Shown one piece after another: positions 59,130-64,000 of a stretch of DNA of 64,000 nucleotides. The position numbers and the translations under genes were made by a program. Each line of letters opens with the position of its first letter. Within the stretch, counting starts at the first letter, position 1. Source of the stretch: Patescibacteria group bacterium (GTDB lineage: Bacteria; Patescibacteriota; Microgenomatia; UBA8517); the NCBI GenBank assembly GCA_026416845.1, contig JAOAEL010000001.1:117940-181939 (forward strand). Direction: 5' to 3'. The notes below the pieces were generated by a model. The model searched no databases. It was not told the origin of the DNA and worked only from the letters and a program-made list of their open reading frames with translations.

Positions 59130-59681
59130 CTAGTCGACGGACAAAACAACAACCAATCTCTTGGAATCTTTATAGCCGCTACAAGTATACAAGGTAAGCT
59201 TTTTTTCTTCGCTCGATGGCGCAATAATTTTTGTATCCGTTGGCAAAACTTCCAAAACATCATCAACTTTATATTCAAACCAAGTTTTATTAGTTAAAAC
59301 AAAAACAGAGTCTCCTTTTTTTATATACTTTAAATTGCCAAACAAATTATCTTTTGCATGCCCAAATATGACCACATTGCCAATTTCTCCTGGATATGCG
59401 GACCCTACACCCCATCCAGCTTTATCATCAAACACCTCCCAATAACCACTTTTTACAAAAGATACTTGGACATTAACATTTAGTTTAAGATCTGGAATAA
59501 GTATTTTTTGCGGGATTTTTTCAGCGTCAATTTCATTGATTAAAGCAAATTCTTCCAGTGTTGCAACTTGATTAACAGATAAAACTGAAGCGTCCGCTTT
59601 TGGTTTAAACAAAAGCAACAAAACGCCAAGGGCAAAAAGACAAATGCCTATTGTAATTTTAGAAGGGTAATTTATTCTCAT
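59130..59681 (-). CDS. Sortase (transpeptidase)
   Basis: N-terminal TM; PGEIGNVVIFGH (His), LTLYTC (Cys), KRLVV (Arg); ATG 59681. Confidence 0.92.
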   Translation of the reverse strand: MRINYPSKITIGICLFALGVLLLLFKPKADASVLSVNQVATLEEFALINEIDAEKIPQKILIPDLKLNVNVQVSFVKSGYWEVFDDKAGWGVGSAYPGEIGNVVIFGHAKDNLFGNLKYIKKGDSVFVLTNKTWFEYKVDDVLEVLPTDTKIIAPSSEEKKLTLYTCSGYKDSKRLVVVLSVD

Positions 59682-60810
59682 TTTCACTCGCTTTTCCCGC
59701 CGAATCAATTATCATACCCAAACCCAAAACCAAAAACAAAATTCCAAACAAATAATTTAGATCCAAACTTTTTTCGCTTGAAGTTTTTGAAAGGCCCAAA
59801 ATTTCTCCGCCGCCAATGGCATTTTCGCCCAAAAAACTGGTTTTGCTTAAAAAATTTGCGTTATTGTTGTTTGCAGATCCGTCGTTTGGATTTTTAATGA
59901 TTGAATCTTCAGGAACAGTCGGAGGGTCATCAGGATCATCCCCATTATCAAAAAAACAACAATTAAAACTAATAAAATTTGAATTTATATAATCATTTCT
60001 TAAAAGAATATCTAAAAAAATATCGCCTGTAATTATTGCCGAATCTCCCAAATTGCCGCCAATGAAATTTTCACCACTATTTGCGTCAACAAAAACTTCA
60101 TTTAGAATCACTGAACTATTCTCAACAAAAACATTATTTTTTAAATTTTTGAAATTGTTTGCGCTACTCCCACCGACATAAGCGTTGTCAATAAACCTGA
60201 AACTTGAAGCATCTTCTGAAAGATTGGCAGGCAAACTAGAAATAGATGAATTAATTGGACCATTTTTTACAGATGTTACAACTTTTACATCCCCTGTTGT
60301 TATTTTTGTATTGCGAGAATTATCATTTGCTTTATTGAGACCAGTGTTTGCAACCCCAACAATTTTAGTTTTAATTACAGCGCTATTTTGAGAAACAAAA
60401 TTATTTGACAAATTGCTTGAAGAACTAACTGTATTTGTTGAATTAGAACCATTGTTATTAATGTTAACCTGCTGGTTTATCTTGGCAGTTTCACAACAAT
60501 TATCTTTAAAACCATTTTGATTTGATAAATTAATCGCGGTCTGACTAATTTTCGCGTCGCCAGTTTTTACGTTAACTTCATCTCCACTTTGATCAATTAA
60601 ATTTGATCCGGTGTTTGTATTAGAAAAGACATCGTTTTGAATAGATGAGTTGTTTGTTTGCAAAACATTTACCGAATTTGACAATTGAACAATCGCCTGA
60701 CTTGAAGAATCGGAACCGTTATCAGATATCGTCAACTCATACCCAAGCGCACACTTTGGTTGACATAAAAATATGAAAAAAAAGATTAGAAAAACAAAAA
60801 ATTTAGACAT
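59659..60810 (-). CDS. Secreted N/G/T-rich repeat protein with sortase-like C-terminal signal (LGLSKTS + TM)
   Basis: Signal peptide; about 3 repeats (DNGSDS..NTGSN..VKTGDA); CC pairs; acidic Pro linker; ILGLSKTSS then TM; overlaps the sortase start. Confidence 0.8.
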   Translation of the reverse strand: MSKFFVFLIFFFIFLCQPKCALGYELTISDNGSDSSSQAIVQLSNSVNVLQTNNSSIQNDVFSNTNTGSNLIDQSGDEVNVKTGDAKISQTAINLSNQNGFKDNCCETAKINQQVNINNNGSNSTNTVSSSSNLSNNFVSQNSAVIKTKIVGVANTGLNKANDNSRNTKITTGDVKVVTSVKNGPINSSISSLPANLSEDASSFRFIDNAYVGGSSANNFKNLKNNVFVENSSVILNEVFVDANSGENFIGGNLGDSAIITGDIFLDILLRNDYINSNFISFNCCFFDNGDDPDDPPTVPEDSIIKNPNDGSANNNNANFLSKTSFLGENAIGGGEILGLSKTSSEKSLDLNYLFGILFLVLGLGMIIDSAGKASENENKLPF

Positions 60811-60872
60811 AGCAAAAATTGCGTTCTGAGGAAATCTGAGATTAATACTTTTGAGGATTTTCCTTTAAAAAA

Positions 60873-63221
60873 TCACTTTCTCGAGAACATCGCAAGTATA
60901 GCGTTTTTGTTTTTTGCAATAAATAAACCCGTGAAAATTGGGATTAATGTCAGAAGCCATGCAAGATTTATGTTGATAGTTTTTTTCTCATTTCTGATTT
61001 CAGCACTTTCAACAAAGGCGTCTACATCACCAACAATCCCAGTTTCGCTTTGATCTTTAGAACCTGAAAATGCCAAAACTGATTTGTTGGAATTACTAGC
61101 TTTTTTCGATATCGCTTTATTTGAAAAAATCTTTTTATTTGATTCTTCCTTCATATTTGTAACTTCATTATAAACCTGAAAACCGGAAGTGTTTGGGTTT
61201 GCAAGAGTGCTACTTTTGTCTTTTTCGGCTACTCCTCCGCGTCCACTATCGTTAACTGAAGATGGCTTCGAACCAACATAATCAGGAGAGACAAAATTAC
61301 CAACCCAACTGCCAAACACATTTACAACTGTCACGAATAATCTGCCGCTACCGACTATATTGTTATTTACAAAGTTAACCAAATTGGCAACAATGTTTGC
61401 GTCTCCGGTAACAATATTTGTATTGCCACCGGTATTTTTGCTTGCCTGATTTTTGCCAGTATTAGCCGAAAGATTCAAATTATTAGTGACATTTGCAGTG
61501 TTTGATTGAACAATTGTATTGTTTGCGATTGAAGAGCTAAAAGCATTGTTAAATGAATTTGCGCCATTGCCATTATTTGAAGCATAAATTTCTCCATTTT
61601 CATCAACTAAAAACTCAATCCCATTTGATCCAGCCAAATTTGCGCCTTCAGGAGACCCCAATATTCTACCAACCCAATTTCCAGCCTGATTAATAAGAAC
61701 AAGCCACCAATCCCCGCCAACTATATTTGTGTTTGCAACATTGATAACTTGCGCAGTGACATTTGCATTCCCTGAATTAACAGTGTTATTGCCATCTGTA
61801 TTTTTACTCACTTCGTTTTCACCCGTGTTGGCGTCAAAAAACAAGTTGTTGTTTATATTGGCATTATTAAACTGATACAACTGATCGTTTGAACTGACAC
61901 TTGCATCCGCAGTGTTTGTAGAGTGTGCGCCATTGCCTGTATTTTGAACATTGCCAGACAAAAGACAACAAGGCAAACCAAATCCGAAAGGAGCAATTAT
62001 GTCTCCAACCAAATTGCCAAAAATATTTACAACACCATAAATCACATTGCCAGCTATGTTATTGTTTACAAAAGTCAAAGCGTTTGCAGAAACATTCGCA
62101 TCGCCAGTGGTAATTGTCACATCTCCGCCAGTATTTTTATCCGCATAATTTTTGCCGGTATTGGAATCAAGCTTAAGTGTGTTCAAAACCACAGCATCGT
62201 TAGTCTGAAATTTATTTGTGTTTAGCGCATAATCAAGCAAAGCGTTATTCGAAGAATTCGCGCCATTTTGATGGTTGGCAACATTACCTCCACCCAAAGT
62301 TGAACAGTTAACTATGCACGCATTGCCAAAATCCAAAACAATATCCCCAATGTGATCATCTTCAACATTAAACTCTGCAATAACCACCCCATCAACATTT
62401 GTGTTGACAGAAGTAATAATAGTGCCAGTTGTATTTGCGTTGCCTGTTTTAATGTTTACATTGCCAACATTTTTGGAAGCGGAATTTCCGCCAGTGTTAG
62501 TATCTTGAGAAACTGAATTTATAACAACAGCTTTATTGTCTTGAATTGTGTTTGAATTATTTTCAGAAACAAAAGCTCCATTGTTTGCAGAACCAGATCC
62601 ATTGCCTTCATTAACAACAGCAGAAGCACCACCTGCCAAGCCGGTAGGCACTGCCGATAAATTGCTGTTTGCAACCACAGCTCCGGTGACAGAATTTGTC
62701 GCATTGCCAGTTCTTAGATCAGTTTTACCCGAATTTCCATCTGAGTTTTGTCCCCCTGTAGAATTATCAACAGCCAAACTTTTAGGAGAAACTGAAGAAG
62801 ACTGCTGGTTCTCAGCAGGTGAACTTGAATTATCTGAAGCGGCAAAATCAGAGTTAATTGATCTATCTCTTTTTGTTTTTTCATTTGAACTTTCTGAATT
62901 TTTTGGTTTGGAATTATTACCAGATTGATCACCTTGAGAAGAACCAGAATTTTGGCTATCTGGCAAATTATTTAGACTGCCAGAGGGAATGGTAGGAGCA
63001 GTCGGGGCAACAGGAGGAATTGGAGCCGCAGGTGGAGTTGGAGACAAAGGCGGAGATGGCGCGTTGGGAGCCATAGGCGCCGACGGAGCAACCGGAGCGC
63101 TTGGCACTGATGGAATTTCAGAAGCCAAAACCCCTGCCACTTGCACAAATAAAATTACAAATATAGTAAAAAGGGCAATTATTCTTTTAGTTATACTTTT
63201 TATAAATTTTATAAATTGCAT
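60873..63221 (-). CDS. Large membrane-anchored N/G/T-rich repeat protein with N-terminal (PXX)15 segment
   Basis: Signal, PXX run, S/N-rich spacer, four full GNGAxSxN...NTGxN...IxTGxA units, C-terminal TM and basic tail. Confidence 0.8.
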   Translation of the reverse strand: MQFIKFIKSITKRIIALFTIFVILFVQVAGVLASEIPSVPSAPVAPSAPMAPNAPSPPLSPTPPAAPIPPVAPTAPTIPSGSLNNLPDSQNSGSSQGDQSGNNSKPKNSESSNEKTKRDRSINSDFAASDNSSSPAENQQSSSVSPKSLAVDNSTGGQNSDGNSGKTDLRTGNATNSVTGAVVANSNLSAVPTGLAGGASAVVNEGNGSGSANNGAFVSENNSNTIQDNKAVVINSVSQDTNTGGNSASKNVGNVNIKTGNANTTGTIITSVNTNVDGVVIAEFNVEDDHIGDIVLDFGNACIVNCSTLGGGNVANHQNGANSSNNALLDYALNTNKFQTNDAVVLNTLKLDSNTGKNYADKNTGGDVTITTGDANVSANALTFVNNNIAGNVIYGVVNIFGNLVGDIIAPFGFGLPCCLLSGNVQNTGNGAHSTNTADASVSSNDQLYQFNNANINNNLFFDANTGENEVSKNTDGNNTVNSGNANVTAQVINVANTNIVGGDWWLVLINQAGNWVGRILGSPEGANLAGSNGIEFLVDENGEIYASNNGNGANSFNNAFSSSIANNTIVQSNTANVTNNLNLSANTGKNQASKNTGGNTNIVTGDANIVANLVNFVNNNIVGSGRLFVTVVNVFGSWVGNFVSPDYVGSKPSSVNDSGRGGVAEKDKSSTLANPNTSGFQVYNEVTNMKEESNKKIFSNKAISKKASNSNKSVLAFSGSKDQSETGIVGDVDAFVESAEIRNEKKTININLAWLLTLIPIFTGLFIAKNKNAILAMFSRK
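62982..63113 (-). repeat. Proline every third residue, 15 times (polyproline-II-like)
   Basis: PSVPSAPVAPSAPMAPNAPSPPLSPTPPAAPIPPVAPTAPTIPS. Confidence 0.85.
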
Positions 63222-63297
63222 ATAATTTTTTTGTATTTTTTAGTTTCTTTACTTTAAAAAATTTTTAAACTTTATTTTTTATCTTCTACCTTCTGGT

Positions 63298-63335
63298 TTT
63301 GGGTGATCCGTCGAAGTGCAAACGAATCACCCAAA
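63298..63335 (-). other. 14-bp stem-loop downstream of the 63354 gene (no U-tract in the sense direction)
   Basis: Minus strand TTTGGGTGATTCGT-N10-ACGGATCACCCAAA, fully paired with one U-G wobble. Confidence 0.65.
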
Positions 63336-63353
63336 TACCTTATAAAGGCTGGT

Positions 63354-64000
63354 CTACCCCATAAGGAATTCCAAAAGATCTCTCAAATTAAACGAAATGT
63401 TTAAATTGAAACCATACATTGGAAATTCCCATTCAGGAGTTTCACCATAAACATTGGAATTACCACCGTTTGTAACTTCCACATAGCTTTCGGCATCACC
63501 GGTTTTGATATAAGGATCTGATCCATCATAACCAGTTCCTTTCTTGGATTCGTTATAACCAGTGCCTGCGTCAGCATAAACTAAATTGTCGACACCGTAA
63601 CCGCCATTTGATTGAAAAACGCCAAGAGAGTCATCAAAGACTGCTTCAATGTCGTTTCTCGAATCATAACCATTTCCATGGATTTTTGCCAAAACATCAA
63701 AAAGACATCCGCAATCAACGTCTGCCCAATTGAAGTTTGTCATTGTGTCAACAACCACATCCACAGTGGCATCTCCTGTCTCTATGACAAAGTCACCACC
63801 TGTGTTTTTGTTTGCTTTATTGGAACCAGTTCCGGCATCAACATCAACTTTGTTGTAAACAGAAGCTGAGTTGTTTTGCACAACATTTAGATCGTGACCA
63901 AAGTCTAGATCCAAATCGTTTCTGCTATCAGCGCCGTTTCCAACAACCCAAGCGCTAAGAGTTTTGGCTCCGTTTCCGTTAGCACCAACTCTTGCAGAAT
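63354..64000 (-). CDS. N/G/T-rich repeat protein, 5'-partial (start outside window)
   Basis: Frame open to the window edge (SARVGANGNGAKTLSAWVVGNGADSRNDLDLDF...); units GNGADSRN..GTGSNKA..IETGDA joined by DCGC. Confidence 0.8.
   Translation of the reverse strand, partial: SARVGANGNGAKTLSAWVVGNGADSRNDLDLDFGHDLNVVQNNSASVYNKVDVDAGTGSNKANKNTGGDFVIETGDATVDVVVDTMTNFNWADVDCGCLFDVLAKIHGNGYDSRNDIEAVFDDSLGVFQSNGGYGVDNLVYADAGTGYNESKKGTGYDGSDPYIKTGDAESYVEVTNGGNSNVYGETPEWEFPMYGFNLNISFNLRDLLEFLMG

Noticed and set aside
62989-63225. Collagen-like (Gxx)n ORF on the + strand
   Set aside because: It is the antisense shadow of the (PXX)15 codons in 60873-63221.
313-63869. Many short (60-126 aa) ORFs overlapping long genes
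   Set aside because: They are antisense or alternate-frame to well-supported CDSs and carry no recognisable motifs.

Overview
AT-rich (roughly 30-35% GC by eye), gene-dense bacterial DNA in genetic code 11 (TGA = stop). Gene content points to a Patescibacteria/CPR genome, probably Microgenomates (inference). Three blocks: (1) 1-42.6 kb, an almost single-strand cell-surface glycosylation cluster with about 16 GT-C-fold membrane glycosyltransferases (ArnT/PMT-, PIG-V-, ALG6/GT87-, YfhO-like), 4 polyprenol-phosphate sugar synthases, 9 soluble GT2/GT4, 2 Wzx-type flippases, an FAD oxidoreductase, a partial SDR and an embedded DEDDh exonuclease. (2) 42.7-53.5 kb, a MacAB-type exporter, trmD, a degenerate CE4 deacetylase, rfbABCD, a decayed YkuK/RNase H-like pseudogene, galU and a CAP protein. 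(3) 53.7-64 kb, a composite extracellular-fibre locus and the best novelty candidate. It has a TasA/SipW-type operon in which SipW is fused to its own SipW-cognate substrate (donor strand + lamin-tail domain) and a TasA-like protein carries RTX repeats but no donor strand. Next to it are four paralogous Asn/Gly/Thr-rich repeat proteins (GNGAxSxN...NTGxN...IxTGDA units joined by paired cysteines) with a sortase and a non-canonical sorting signal. Putative major subunits are flanked by RNA stem-loops and carry strong SD sites, whereas several other genes look leaderless. No rRNA, tRNA, CRISPR or mobile element was recognised. All family calls come from motif recognition, not database searches.
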